A stretch of DNA of 64,000 nt from an uncultured delta proteobacterium. Lineage in GTDB: Bacteria > Desulfobacterota > RBG-13-43-22. Made by a program: the position numbers and the translations under genes. Positions 40,711 to 49,799 of the stretch are shown in pieces. Every line of letters begins with the position of its first letter. Position 1 is the stretch's first letter. The stretch lies in NCBI GenBank assembly GCA_963790475.1, contig CAWBOS010000006.1, positions 192,001-256,000 on the forward strand, given 5' to 3'. The notes under the pieces are model-generated. The model did not search any database. It saw only the letters and a program-made list of their open reading frames with translations, and was not told where the DNA came from.

Positions 40711-41052
40711 CTATATGGATAGATGAACCTTCATGGCCTTGTCAATCGCTTCTATATCTTCGAGTTCCAGTTTCCCTATGAATTTTATCAACCTCCTTCG
40801 ATCAAGGGTCCGAATCTGATCGGCCTTAACCTTGGAGTCTTTGGGCAGGTTGCCTTTTCCCTGAGGGATGAAAACCTCAAAAGGGTAAATCTTCTCCAAG
40901 TTTTTAGAGGTAACCGTAAGAACGGTCACTGTGCTTGAATACAGGTTATTGACGTCATTGGAAACCACCACCACCGGCCTGGTTTTTGCTATTTCGTTCC
41001 CGATTGCCGGATCTAGACCGGCCAGAAAGACATCGCCTCGCTTAATATTCAT
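40711..41052 (-). CDS. mazF: MazF/PemK toxin
   Basis: RGDVF..LDPAIGNEIAKTRPVVVVSND...DQIRTLDRRRL. Confidence 0.92.
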   Translation of the reverse strand: MNIKRGDVFLAGLDPAIGNEIAKTRPVVVVSNDVNNLYSSTVTVLTVTSKNLEKIYPFEVFIPQGKGNLPKDSKVKADQIRTLDRRRLIKFIGKLELEDIEAIDKAMKVHLSI

Positions 41053-41296
41053 CCCAGCCCTCCAAGTCGATAATGAAAAAATCTTGCGAAATTTCCCGAC
41101 CTTCTCCGTTGCGGACTTGGTAGCCTTCCTTCAGTATTTGTTCTTGTCGTTCCCTCCGCATTTTTTTCAATTTTTCTCTCAAGGTCATTGCAATAAATTG
41201 ACTTTTTTTGCGTGGTTCAACAAATTGATTTAATTCCTCCACTAGTTCATCCGGCAAAGTAATATTCAGCCTGGTGGTCTCCATAATGCACCTCAT
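41042..41296 (-). CDS. RHH/CopG antitoxin
   Basis: RLNITLPDEL...KSQFIA...LKEGYQ. Confidence 0.85.
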   Translation of the reverse strand: MRCIMETTRLNITLPDELVEELNQFVEPRKKSQFIAMTLREKLKKMRRERQEQILKEGYQVRNGEGREISQDFFIIDLEGWDEY

Positions 41297-41422
41297 TTGA
41301 TGTATTAATAATACATATTAATTTACACATTCAATTAAATTTTATCAAGATAAATTTGGAACACCTTAATAGGAAAAAAAAACGAAGATTGGTGACTGAG
41401 CAACCTATGAAAAGAGTTTTAT

Positions 41423-41518
41423 AGTCAAAATGAAAAATGCAAAAGATAAAGTGCAAAATGAAAAAAGGGTAAAGGGGAGGGTGGTGGGTTCATAGTCAGA
41501 GAGCTGGGTTCAGAGACC
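41423..41518 (+). repeat. Heptamer arrays (agtcaaa/atgaaaa/atgcaaa type, then G-rich)
   Basis: agtcaaaatgaaaaatg identical at 39265-39281; related tract at 48341. Confidence 0.78.
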
Positions 41519-41944
41519 TCAACATATCTTTTCCCCTTGTGCGGCTACTTTTAACCTTGCATCATAGGTCAAAAGCAGCAATTCAGGAAAATGGTCTTGA
41601 AGACCCTTGGCAGCAGATAGATGCCAGAGGTCGGCTCCTCCGAGGGGCCATTTATTGGACAGATTCCTGATGATATTCCATTGGGGGATGATAAATAACC
41701 GTCTCCAAGGACCATTTTCCAAAACTTCAACTGCTGCATCCACAAGAAGCGCGGCCATGTCTCTTTCGCGCCGAATTCTCGATAAAACCGCAAGCACTTC
41801 TGCATAGGATAAATGGGAAAGGAAATGGTGTCCTGATTGACCGGCCCATTTCTGGGCGTTCTGGCTGTGTTCATCTAATAGGAGGGCTGAAAGTACGGCC
41901 GAGGCATCCCAGTAGATGACTACCGGTTTTTCTTCCCTTGTCAT
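41519..41944 (-). CDS. vapC: PIN-domain toxin (VapC)
   Basis: YWDASA, SYAEV, GADLWHL, TYD. Confidence 0.88.
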   Translation of the reverse strand: MTREEKPVVIYWDASAVLSALLLDEHSQNAQKWAGQSGHHFLSHLSYAEVLAVLSRIRRERDMAALLVDAAVEVLENGPWRRLFIIPQWNIIRNLSNKWPLGGADLWHLSAAKGLQDHFPELLLLTYDARLKVAAQGEKIC

Positions 41945-42228
41945 CGGTCTCTTCCCTCTTGAAGATATCTTTGGGCTAAACCTTCCGGTGCGGGAAGGGG
42001 CGGGGGGAGACGTCTTCCGTAATTTTTTGACAAGGGTTCGGTCAACCCTTGTTCTTCCAGGATTCGGATACGATCCTCAAGGGAAAGTTTTTTCTGAGAA
42101 AAAGGGATTATTCTCCCTATCGGCTTGCCCCGTTCGGTAATAATGACCTCCTGACCTTCTTTAACTTTTTTCATTACTTTGCTCAAATTAATTTTGGCAT
42201 CCCGTATTCCAAAGGTTTTCGATAGCAT
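41941..42228 (-). CDS. Phd/YefM antitoxin
   Basis: GIRDAKINLSKVMKKVKEGQEVIITERGKPIGRI. Confidence 0.9.
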   Translation of the reverse strand: MLSKTFGIRDAKINLSKVMKKVKEGQEVIITERGKPIGRIIPFSQKKLSLEDRIRILEEQGLTEPLSKNYGRRLPPPLPAPEGLAQRYLQEGRDR

Positions 42229-42315
42229 AGTTCGTTCCTTTTTTGGTGACTTTGTAGTTACAATTTTAATGCAGTCTATGTAGTCATCTAGGTCAAGTTA
42301 TTTAATAAGATAACA

Positions 42316-42572
42316 GTGAAAGGGAAAAGGGGAAAGGGGAGAGGGGTTGGTTACGGGTTACAAGTTGCGGATTCATTGAAAAGTCTTGGGTTGAGGACTG
42401 AGGAGAAAGGATTTTTTACGCCAAATCCAACAAATTACAGTCAGTCAATAAAGGAAACAGACCAAACGACCAGACAGATAAAACAGACCAAACGACCAGA
42501 CAGATAAAACAGACCAGAAAGACCAAAAAAACGAACAGACCAAAAAAAAACCAGATAGACTCAATTAACTCT
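42316..42572 (+). repeat. G-rich heptamer tracts followed by C/A-rich 9-mer tract with a perfect 26-bp tandem duplication
   Basis: aaacagaccaaacgaccagacagata at 42455-42480 and 42481-42506. Confidence 0.85.
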
Positions 42573-42801
42573 AAAAACAAAGCACCTTAATGCTAACAGC
42601 CGGCAGATCTTCCAAGAGGGGAAACCCTGGAAATTCCTTTACCTCTGTTCCATTTTGGTCTAATCTGGTCTTTAGGTAATGCTCGGAGACTGAAACGATG
42701 CCCGGGCCCGCTGATCCGGACTCCCGGTTATTTCTTTAGCCAAAAAAACTTCATTCGGAGGGTTAAGGTTAAAAGGCCACAGACCAAAGAGGAAGATAAG
42801 G

Positions 42802-43686
42802 ATGATGATGGACAAACAAACCAAACTGAGAACCGCATTATTTTTTCTGATAACAGTCATTATCGGCCTGTTGATTTTATTTCCTCTAAAGGCACTTTTG
42901 TATTCGGAATCCAAAGGGATGTATTATGAATATTATTCCCATATTCTTTTGATACCCCTGGTGAGCGCCTACTTGCTTTATAACCGTCGCCAAGAAATAT
43001 GGGAATTCAAGAAAACCGCCATCCCGGTGTCGGGAGTTTTGGTTGGCGTTATTGGTATTATAGGCTACGGGACAGCCTTGGTACAAGATCAAAACATGGG
43101 ATTCATTAATGCCGTCGCCGGGCAAATCACTGGCTTACTTATTGCCTGGTTGGGAGCCTTCCTGCTTTTCTGGGGGACGGCCGCTTTTCGGCAGGCCCTT
43201 TTCCCTTTGCTGTTCCTTTTCTTTATGGTGCCGGTCCCCATGGATCTGATGGACGCCTTTATTTATGCCCTCCAGTGGGGGTCTTCCGAGGCTACAGGGC
43301 TGATCTTCAGTGTCCTCGGCACCCCTTATTACCGGGAAGGCTTCATCTTTCAACTGCAGACGGTCACCATCGAAGTAGCCAGGCAGTGCAGCGGCATCCG
43401 CTCCACCATGGCCATGGTCATCACCGGTGTCCTGGCCGCCCACCTTTTTTTGCGCGACAACGGGAAGAAGCTGATCCTGATGTTGACCATATTACCAATA
43501 ACTGTTTTTAAAAACGGCCTAAGGATCGTCATCCTGACGCTTTTGGCCATTCATGTTGACATGCGTTTCCTGACCGACAGCTTTTTGCACCATTCCGGGG
43601 GGTTTTTGTTTTATATACCGGGACTTTTAATTTTTGGGGGAATCCTCTTGCTTTTAAGAAGAGTTGAAAAAAGGACTGAGGACTGA
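42802..43686 (+). CDS. xrt: Exosortase (EpsH family)
   Basis: YSH, FMVPVP, CSGIRS (Cys), NGLRI (Arg), LHH (His). Confidence 0.92.
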   Translation: MMMDKQTKLRTALFFLITVIIGLLILFPLKALLYSESKGMYYEYYSHILLIPLVSAYLLYNRRQEIWEFKKTAIPVSGVLVGVIGIIGYGTALVQDQNMGFINAVAGQITGLLIAWLGAFLLFWGTAAFRQALFPLLFLFFMVPVPMDLMDAFIYALQWGSSEATGLIFSVLGTPYYREGFIFQLQTVTIEVARQCSGIRSTMAMVITGVLAAHLFLRDNGKKLILMLTILPITVFKNGLRIVILTLLAIHVDMRFLTDSFLHHSGGFLFYIPGLLIFGGILLLLRRVEKRTED

Positions 43687-43706
43687 GTGCTTAGGATTGA
43701 GGGGTG
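43672..43706 (+). repeat. Heptamer repeat aggactg/aggattg spanning the exosortase stop
   Basis: 43672-43683 is the exact reverse complement of 44271-44282. Confidence 0.85.
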
Positions 43707-43769
43707 AATTAGATAGAAGACCGGGAATGATTTTAAGGGACATTTTCAAGAATTTGAAAGGAAAGAATT

Positions 43770-44162
43770 GTGGAAAAGAAAAAAATTGAAAAATTTGAAG
43801 ATTTGATTGCCTGGCAGAAAGCCCGCGAATTGACAAAAATTATTTACCAAATTACGAACTACGGGAAGTTTTCGACGGATTTTGGGGTAAGGGATCAAAT
43901 CCGAAGATCAGCCGTTTCCAATATTGCTGAAGGATTCGAGCGGGGAGGTCGGGCGGAATTCCACCAATATTTAGTTATTGCAAAAGGCTCTTGCGCGGAA
44001 TTAAGATCCCAATTATATGTTGCCTTGGATGCCGGGTATCTTGACATAGTCACCTATCAAAAAGTAAATGCCTTGGCTGAAGAAACAAGCCGTTTGATAG
44101 GTGGACTTAGATCAGCAGTCTATCGCCAGAAAACTGTTGATCGTGTAAAGAGAACAAATTAA
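43770..44162 (+). CDS. Four-helix-bundle protein (23S rRNA IVP / Avd-like)
   Basis: [13 protein letters not shown]...[17 protein letters not shown]...[12 protein letters not shown]. Confidence 0.9.
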   Translation: MEKKKIEKFEDLIAWQKARELTKIIYQITNYGKFSTDFGVRDQIRRSAVSNIAEGFERGGRAEFHQYLVIAKGSCAELRSQLYVALDAGYLDIVTYQKVNALAEETSRLIGGLRSAVYRQKTVDRVKRTN

Positions 44163-44259
44163 GATAAGAGGGAAAACATAACAAAAAGAGTTTATTTTGG
44201 TATTCGGAATTGAAGAAAACGAACCTTATTCCCGGAGCATAAGGTCTGATGAATAAGTT

Positions 44260-44282
44260 CTCAGTCCATCGTCCTCAGTCCT
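44260..44282 (+). repeat. Heptamer repeat ctcagtc just before the prsK start
   Basis: ctcagtc catcgtc ctcagtc ct. Confidence 0.85.
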
Positions 44283-44288
44283 AAAAAA

Positions 44289-46415
44289 ATGCTTTCCTAT
44301 ACTTTACTTATATCTTTAGTCGCTGCTTCCCTGGCGGGTCTGATTGCCGCCCTGGCCCTGTATCGCGATCCCCACAACTTGGTACACAAGATATTGGCCG
44401 CTGGGATGGTGGTTCTGGCTGTTGACGCAATCTTGACCTTCCTGAGCAGGGGGGCTTCCGAGCCTATGGGCATGATCGCCTGGCGGCAATGGCTTTACCT
44501 GGTTTCTGCTTTTCTTCCGGCCTTGTGGCTGGCCTTCGGTCTCAGCTATGCCCGTGCCGATCACCGGGAAAATCTGTTGCGCTGGAAATGGACCCTGGGC
44601 CTCGTCTTGGTCATCCCTCTGGTGCTGGCTGGCATTTATCGGGATGCTCTTTTTGCCGGGCCGCCGGTTTGGATTCCCGACACCGGGTGGGTCATTCCCT
44701 TGGGATGGGCAGGTTACGCCTTTAATCTGTTCCTACTCATTACCTTTATTATGATTCTTCTCGATTTGGAAAAGACCCTACGGGGTTCGCGCGGGGTCAT
44801 GCGCTGGCAGATCAAGTTTACTGTCCTGGGTCTGATCGCCCTTTTCGGAGCACGGATATTCACTTCCAGCCAGAATATTCTTTATCGCTCCGATAACCTG
44901 GACTTGGCGCTGGTCAACAACGGGGCACTTATTATCGCCGGGGTGTTGATTCTTCGGTCGTTGTTTCGGACCAAATTCTTCAGTGCTGAGCTCTATGTTT
45001 CCCAAAAGATTCTCTACAACTCGCTGACCCTGCTGATTATCGGCATTTACTTCATCGCCGTCAGTCTTTTGGCCAAGCTTTCGACCTACTGGTTCCTCGG
45101 CCGGACCTTACCCCTCCAGGCCTTTTTCCTACTGGTGGCCCTGGTAGGTTTAACGATCCTCATTTTTTCCGACCGGCTTCGCCGCAAAACCAAGCTTTTT
45201 ATCAGCCGTAATTTCCAACGCCCCCTTTACGACTATCGTAAGGAATGGATCCGTTTCACCCAGGAGACCACGGCGGTTCGAAATGTCCAGGATCTTTGTC
45301 AGGCTGTAACCCGAATGGTTTCTGATATCCTCCATTTCCTTTCCGTAACCATCTGGTTGGTGGACGAAGCAGGTGGAAGGCTGGTTCTGGGCGGTTCCAC
45401 AGCGATTACCCAACAGGAGGCCGATTCTCTGAGACCCTTCGAAAAGGCACAGAAAGAATTAATCGAGGCTATGGCTATGGAAGTGGATCCGGTGGATTTT
45501 GACAGCGCTTCGACTTCCTGGTCCATCAGCATCCCGGAATTAGACCTGGAATTTTTGAAGGCGGCTCGAATCCGCTATGTGGTGACTCTTCGAGCCGGAG
45601 AAACCTTGATCGGGTTGTTGACCTTGGATCAAAGAGTAGCCGAAGATCTATTGACCCTGGAGGACTTCGACCTCATTAAGACCATCGCCGATCAGACTTC
45701 CGCCGGATTGAACCAGTTAAGATTGGCCGAAAAGGTCCAGAAGACCCGGGAGATGGAGGCCTTTCAAACCATGTCCACCTTTTTCATCCATGACCTGAAA
45801 AATGTGGCCTCCCGTCTTTCACTGACCATGCAGAATCTGCCGGTACATTTTAACAATCCCGAGTTCCGGCAAGATGCCCTGCAAAGCATCGGCCAGAGTC
45901 TGGAAAAGATCAACGGATTATGCAGCCGCCTATCCTCCTTGCGGGAAAAACTGGAGGTGCATCTGAAAGAAGCTGATCTGAACGAAATGGTAAAAAAGAA
46001 TCTATCTGAATTTGAAGGAGCGTTGCAAGCCCGCCTGATCCAGGACTTTACCCCACTTCCCAGAATTCCATTGGACCTGGAGCAGATTTCCAAGGTCCTG
46101 ACCAACCTGGTCTTAAATGCCAATGAAGCCCTAACTCCCGGGAATGCCGGCGGCGAAATCCGGGTGGCCACTCGCCTTTTGAATAATTGGGTCGAGTTTT
46201 CGGTTAGTGACAATGGTCTGGGCATGTCCCGGGAAATGATAGAGCGCTCCCTTTTCCTGCCTTTCCGGACCACCAAGAAGCAAGGCATGGGCATCGGCCT
46301 TTTTCAGAGTAAGATGATTGTCGAAGCCCACCACGGACGCATCGAGGTGGAAAGCGAGGAGGGAAAGGGGACGACGTTCAGGGTGTTGCTGCCGACCTAT
46401 AATAAAAGGGGGTAG
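44289..46415 (+). CDS. prsK: PEP-CTERM system histidine kinase
   Basis: Multi-TM N-terminus, RWQIK, YDYRKEW, GAF region, FFIHDLKN, NLVLNA, GMGIGL. Confidence 0.92.
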   Translation: MLSYTLLISLVAASLAGLIAALALYRDPHNLVHKILAAGMVVLAVDAILTFLSRGASEPMGMIAWRQWLYLVSAFLPALWLAFGLSYARADHRENLLRWKWTLGLVLVIPLVLAGIYRDALFAGPPVWIPDTGWVIPLGWAGYAFNLFLLITFIMILLDLEKTLRGSRGVMRWQIKFTVLGLIALFGARIFTSSQNILYRSDNLDLALVNNGALIIAGVLILRSLFRTKFFSAELYVSQKILYNSLTLLIIGIYFIAVSLLAKLSTYWFLGRTLPLQAFFLLVALVGLTILIFSDRLRRKTKLFISRNFQRPLYDYRKEWIRFTQETTAVRNVQDLCQAVTRMVSDILHFLSVTIWLVDEAGGRLVLGGSTAITQQEADSLRPFEKAQKELIEAMAMEVDPVDFDSASTSWSISIPELDLEFLKAARIRYVVTLRAGETLIGLLTLDQRVAEDLLTLEDFDLIKTIADQTSAGLNQLRLAEKVQKTREMEAFQTMSTFFIHDLKNVASRLSLTMQNLPVHFNNPEFRQDALQSIGQSLEKINGLCSRLSSLREKLEVHLKEADLNEMVKKNLSEFEGALQARLIQDFTPLPRIPLDLEQISKVLTNLVLNANEALTPGNAGGEIRVATRLLNNWVEFSVSDNGLGMSREMIERSLFLPFRTTKKQGMGIGLFQSKMIVEAHHGRIEVESEEGKGTTFRVLLPTYNKRG

Positions 46416-46478
46416 GGTATAGGGTGTAAGGGGTAGGGTGGATACTTAATATGGGTTTTAGGGGGTAGGGTGTTAGCT
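46407..46478 (+). repeat. G-rich heptamer repeat (agggtgt type) spanning the prsK stop
   Basis: agggggt agggtat agggtgt aaggggt agggtg; complementary C-rich tract at 46917-46946. Confidence 0.8.
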
Positions 46479-46510
46479 AGAGATAGGAAGCGAAAAAATG
46501 AGGGCAAAAA

Positions 46511-46868
46511 ATGGAGAGTTATAAGGAGTTGATCGCTTAATCAAAAAGGTTATCAATTATCCCTTCAGGTTTATGAGATTACAAAAAGATTTCCGAAAGA
46601 AGAGATTTATGGAATAATTTCTCAAATGAGGAGGAGCGCCGTTTCGATACCCTGTAACATCGTGGAAGGATATCGACGAGGACACAGAAAGGAACATATA
46701 CAATTCCTTTATATGTCTTATGGGTCTTGCAGTGAATTGGAGACCCTCCTTTCTTTATCTAAAAATCTTGGCTTTTTAGAACAGCACTTTTTTGATAAGA
46801 TTTATTCCTTACAAGAAGAAACTTCGAACTTATTGAAAAGTTTAATTGTATCCTTATCCCGGAAGTGA
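46511..46868 (+). pseudogene. Four-helix-bundle gene with +1 frameshift
   Basis: MESYKELIA then TAA 46538-46540; removing one A gives AYQKGYQLSLQVYEITKRFPKEEIYGIISQMRRSAVSIPCNIVEG. Confidence 0.85.
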
Positions 46869-46903
46869 TTTAGTTAGAACCCCCGGATTGAAAGGAAAAG
46901 AAT

Positions 46904-48298
46904 ATGCCGGAAGAATCACCCCCTCCCACCATCCCCCTCCCCCCTATTCAGAAGCCGCGTCTTCTTATCGTTGAAGATGATGAATCCATTCGCACCCAAA
47001 TGAAGTGGGCCCTGATGCAGGACTACGATGTCTTTCTATCCGAAGACCGGGCCAGGGCTTTAGATCTTTTGCGTTTGGAAAAGCCCGCCGTAGTAACTTT
47101 GGACCTCGGACTGCCACCAACCCCGGCGGATGTGACCGAAGGCTTTGCTGCTTTGGCTGATATCCTGGCTGAGGACAATCTGGTCAAGGTGATTATTATT
47201 ACCGGACAAGGGGAAAAGGACAACGCGCTGAAAGCCGTGGCCGAGGGGGCCTACGATTTCTTTATCAAACCCATACAGCTTGACGAACTTAAGGTGGTTA
47301 TTAGACGGGCCTTTTACGTTTCCCGTCTGGAACGCGAGAACCGGGTCTTACAGCAACAGGGGGCCGGACAGCCCTTTGCCGAAATGCTGGGCCGCAGCCC
47401 GCAGATGGAGGAGGTCATTACCACCATCCGCAAGGTGGCCACTACGGATGTTTCGGTGCTGATCAATGGTGAGAGCGGAACCGGTAAGGAATTAGTGGCC
47501 CGGGCCATTCATCAACATAGCAACAGGAGCAGCGGGCCGTTTGTAGTGATTAACTGTGGGGCAATCCCGGAGAACCTTCTGGAAAGTGAATTGTTCGGCC
47601 ACGAGAAGGGCTCCTTCACCGGTGCCCATATACAGCGCAAGGGTTTAATCGAGATGGCCCAGGGAGGAACCTTATTTCTAGATGAGATCGGGGAATTACC
47701 GCTGGGCCTGCAGGTCAAGCTCCTGCGTTTCCTTCAAGAACAGACCATTGAACGCGTCGGTGGAAGGGTCCAGATTGCCATAAATGCTCGGGTGTTGGCT
47801 GCCACCAACCTGGACCTCCAAAAGGCTGTGGCCGAGGGTCGCTTCCGTGAGGACCTTTATTTTCGGCTGGGAGTGATTTCCATTGCCCTACCGCCCTTAC
47901 GGGATCGGGAAGGTGACCTGATACTGCTGGCTAATGCTTTTCTGCATCGATATGTCCAGGAAACCAGAAAGAAAATAACCGGTTTCACTCAACAGGCCGT
48001 CAGGGCGATGGGCCAATATGCGTGGCCGGGGAACATCCGGGAGCTGGAAAACCGAATCAAGCGGGCGGTGGTCATGGCTGATGGAGCCAAGATTAATCCA
48101 CTGGACCTGGAACTGGAAACAGCCAAGGGTAAATATTACGGTCTTACTCTGAAAGATGCCCGGGAGGCTGTGGAAAAAGAACTGATTTTGAAGGCTCTGC
48201 AAAGGAATAAGGGGAAGGTGACCCAAACAGCCGATGAGCTGGGCATCAGCCGCCCTACCTTATATGAGCTTATGGAGAAGCTGGGGATTTCGAAATAA
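46904..48298 (+). CDS. prsR: PEP-CTERM-box sigma54 response regulator
   Basis: REC (TLDLGLPP), [27 protein letters not shown]; follows prsK. Confidence 0.92.
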   Translation: MPEESPPPTIPLPPIQKPRLLIVEDDESIRTQMKWALMQDYDVFLSEDRARALDLLRLEKPAVVTLDLGLPPTPADVTEGFAALADILAEDNLVKVIIITGQGEKDNALKAVAEGAYDFFIKPIQLDELKVVIRRAFYVSRLERENRVLQQQGAGQPFAEMLGRSPQMEEVITTIRKVATTDVSVLINGESGTGKELVARAIHQHSNRSSGPFVVINCGAIPENLLESELFGHEKGSFTGAHIQRKGLIEMAQGGTLFLDEIGELPLGLQVKLLRFLQEQTIERVGGRVQIAINARVLAATNLDLQKAVAEGRFREDLYFRLGVISIALPPLRDREGDLILLANAFLHRYVQETRKKITGFTQQAVRAMGQYAWPGNIRELENRIKRAVVMADGAKINPLDLELETAKGKYYGLTLKDAREAVEKELILKALQRNKGKVTQTADELGISRPTLYELMEKLGISK

Positions 48299-48315
48299 GC
48301 ATGGATATAGTAAAA

Positions 48316-48467
48316 AGGACTGGGGACTGAGTTATACTTAAGTCAAATTTCAAATTGCAAAGGGTAAAGGGCAAAATTAAAAATTTAAATGTTTTTGATG
48401 GATTCGGTGAAAAATCGGATGGAGGGGATGAAAAGATGGAATAATGGAAGGATGAAAAAATGATAGG
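48316..48467 (+). repeat. Stacked 7-mer and 8-mer repeats after prsR
   Basis: aggactg gggactg; agtcaaa tttcaaa ttgcaaa; gatggaat aatggaag gatgaaaa. Confidence 0.75.
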
Positions 48468-48477
48468 AATCAATTTT

Positions 48478-48584
48478 TGTCGGGATTTCTTACAAAAACG
48501 AAAATTGATGTAAAATATAATAAAAATAAATAGTTATATAAAATAAGGCTTAAATGAAACTTCAATGTGTCGGAATATCTTACA
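48478..48584. promoter_or_regulatory. Two TGT-N11-ACA enhancer boxes (48478-48494, 48568-48584), candidate PrsR sites
   Basis: tgtcgggatttcttaca and tgtcggaatatcttaca upstream of a sigma54 promoter. Confidence 0.75.
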
Positions 48585-48701
48585 AATAATATTTATGAAA
48601 ATTCATCTTTGGAATAAGACTTACTGAGAAGAAATATTTTTCATTAAGTAAATCAGCTAATTAGGACATATAAAAACATGATATTTAACTTTTTTCTATT
48701 A

Positions 48702-48717
48702 TGGCATAATTATTGCT
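48702..48717 (+). promoter_or_regulatory. Sigma54 -24/-12 promoter
   Basis: TGGCATAATTATTGCT. Confidence 0.8.
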
Positions 48718-48759
48718 TTTATAATTTTATAACAAAAAAATAACTCTGAGGTGATACAA

Positions 48760-49416
48760 ATGAAAAAATTCTTGATTATTATTTTTTTTATGATGTCGGC
48801 ATGTTTGATATTCGTACCGGCGACAATGGCGCTTACAATTAGCGACGGTGACTTGGTTCAGGTTCAATCTTACAACCCAAACGATATGGCCGGAATATTT
48901 ATCTTTAATGTGAAAAATAATGGTGGCAGTCCGCTGGGGACCTATGATACGTTTTGTATTCAGGAGACTGTTTATATTTACCCTGGCACTTGGTACCAAG
49001 TAGAACTATCAGATTATGTTGGTAAAAATCCAAATAATAGCGGCGATAAGCTAAACGGGGCGGTTGACTATCTCTTTTATCGGTACAAGTCCGGGGCCTA
49101 TGATACGCCATTTGCTGGCTCTTATTCTAACCAGGCTGATTTTCAAAAGCTTCTCTGGAGTCTACAAGGGACAGGTGATCCATTTTCGTCAACAGGAACG
49201 CTCTGGGCCAGTGATTTGGGAATTTATACAAGTGACTCCTCTCTACATCATCCCTGGGGGACCGAAGTTATTAACCTTTACACTGAAAATACTAACGGGG
49301 GATACACGGAAATTCAAAACCAACTATACAATCAGGTTCCAGAGCCCATGACTTTGCTGCTTCTTGGTTTTGGTCTTATTGGTGTTGCTGGTCTCAGGAG
49401 GAGGCTGAAAGCTTAA
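48760..49416 (+). CDS. PEP-CTERM sorting-domain protein
   Basis: Signal peptide; TFCIQ; C-terminus VPEPMTLLLLGFGLIGVAGLRRRLKA. Confidence 0.95.
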   Translation: MKKFLIIIFFMMSACLIFVPATMALTISDGDLVQVQSYNPNDMAGIFIFNVKNNGGSPLGTYDTFCIQETVYIYPGTWYQVELSDYVGKNPNNSGDKLNGAVDYLFYRYKSGAYDTPFAGSYSNQADFQKLLWSLQGTGDPFSSTGTLWASDLGIYTSDSSLHHPWGTEVINLYTENTNGGYTEIQNQLYNQVPEPMTLLLLGFGLIGVAGLRRRLKA

Positions 49417-49468
49417 GGTAAAAATAGGCTGCCGGCTTAAATTACAATATAAAGAAAAATGCCAATTG

Positions 49469-49498
49469 AAAAAAGCCGCTCTTGGGAGCGGCTTTTTT
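49469..49498 (+). terminator. Rho-independent terminator
   Basis: aaaaaagccgctc-ttgg-gagcggctttttt. Confidence 0.9.
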
Positions 49499-49503
49499 AT
49501 TTG

Positions 49504-49586
49504 GTGCGCCCGAAAAGGGGAAGTGTTTGCCTGACGGCAAGGGTTGTCACCTTGAGGTTGGATCTGAAGGAAGCCGCAGACAAAGC
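49504..49586 (+). mobile_element. Truncated 5' fragment of a group IIC intron
   Basis: Starts GTGCGCCC a few nt after a terminator; gcctgacggcaagggt...atctgaaggaagc..caaa resembles IIC domain I. Confidence 0.7.
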
Positions 49587-49799
49587 AATATTCTACCCGA
49601 TTCCAGTAGACCCCGCTGATTTGGAGATAGTGTTTTTCTTCAGGCCCTCCATTTATTTTAATCCTTAGGTCGACTTTTTGGTTTGTGTGACTTGTTGAAA
49701 AAATGGTAAACTCCCAAGAAGAAAAAAACCGTCGCAGAAATCAAATTGAAGATGATCTAAGAGCCACGAGGGCGGTTCTGCGATCGAGGGGAAGAAGAA

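Noticed and set aside
33570-42507. Small ORFs 33570, 34947, 36485, 39185, 42316
   Set aside because: They are translations of the repeat and hairpin elements.
31962-42600. Classical integron or CALIN
   Set aside because: No tyrosine integrase. I found no convincing RYYYAAC...GTTRRRY attC boxes after the genes, and cassette orientations are mixed. Not formally excluded without a covariance search.
43770-46868. Diversity-generating retroelement (Avd-like genes)
   Set aside because: No reverse transcriptase and no TR/VR pair with adenine-specific differences seen.
49502-49580. Minus-strand tRNA (tggtgcg = CCA end)
   Set aside because: No T-loop or cloverleaf; the sequence fits a group IIC intron 5' end better.
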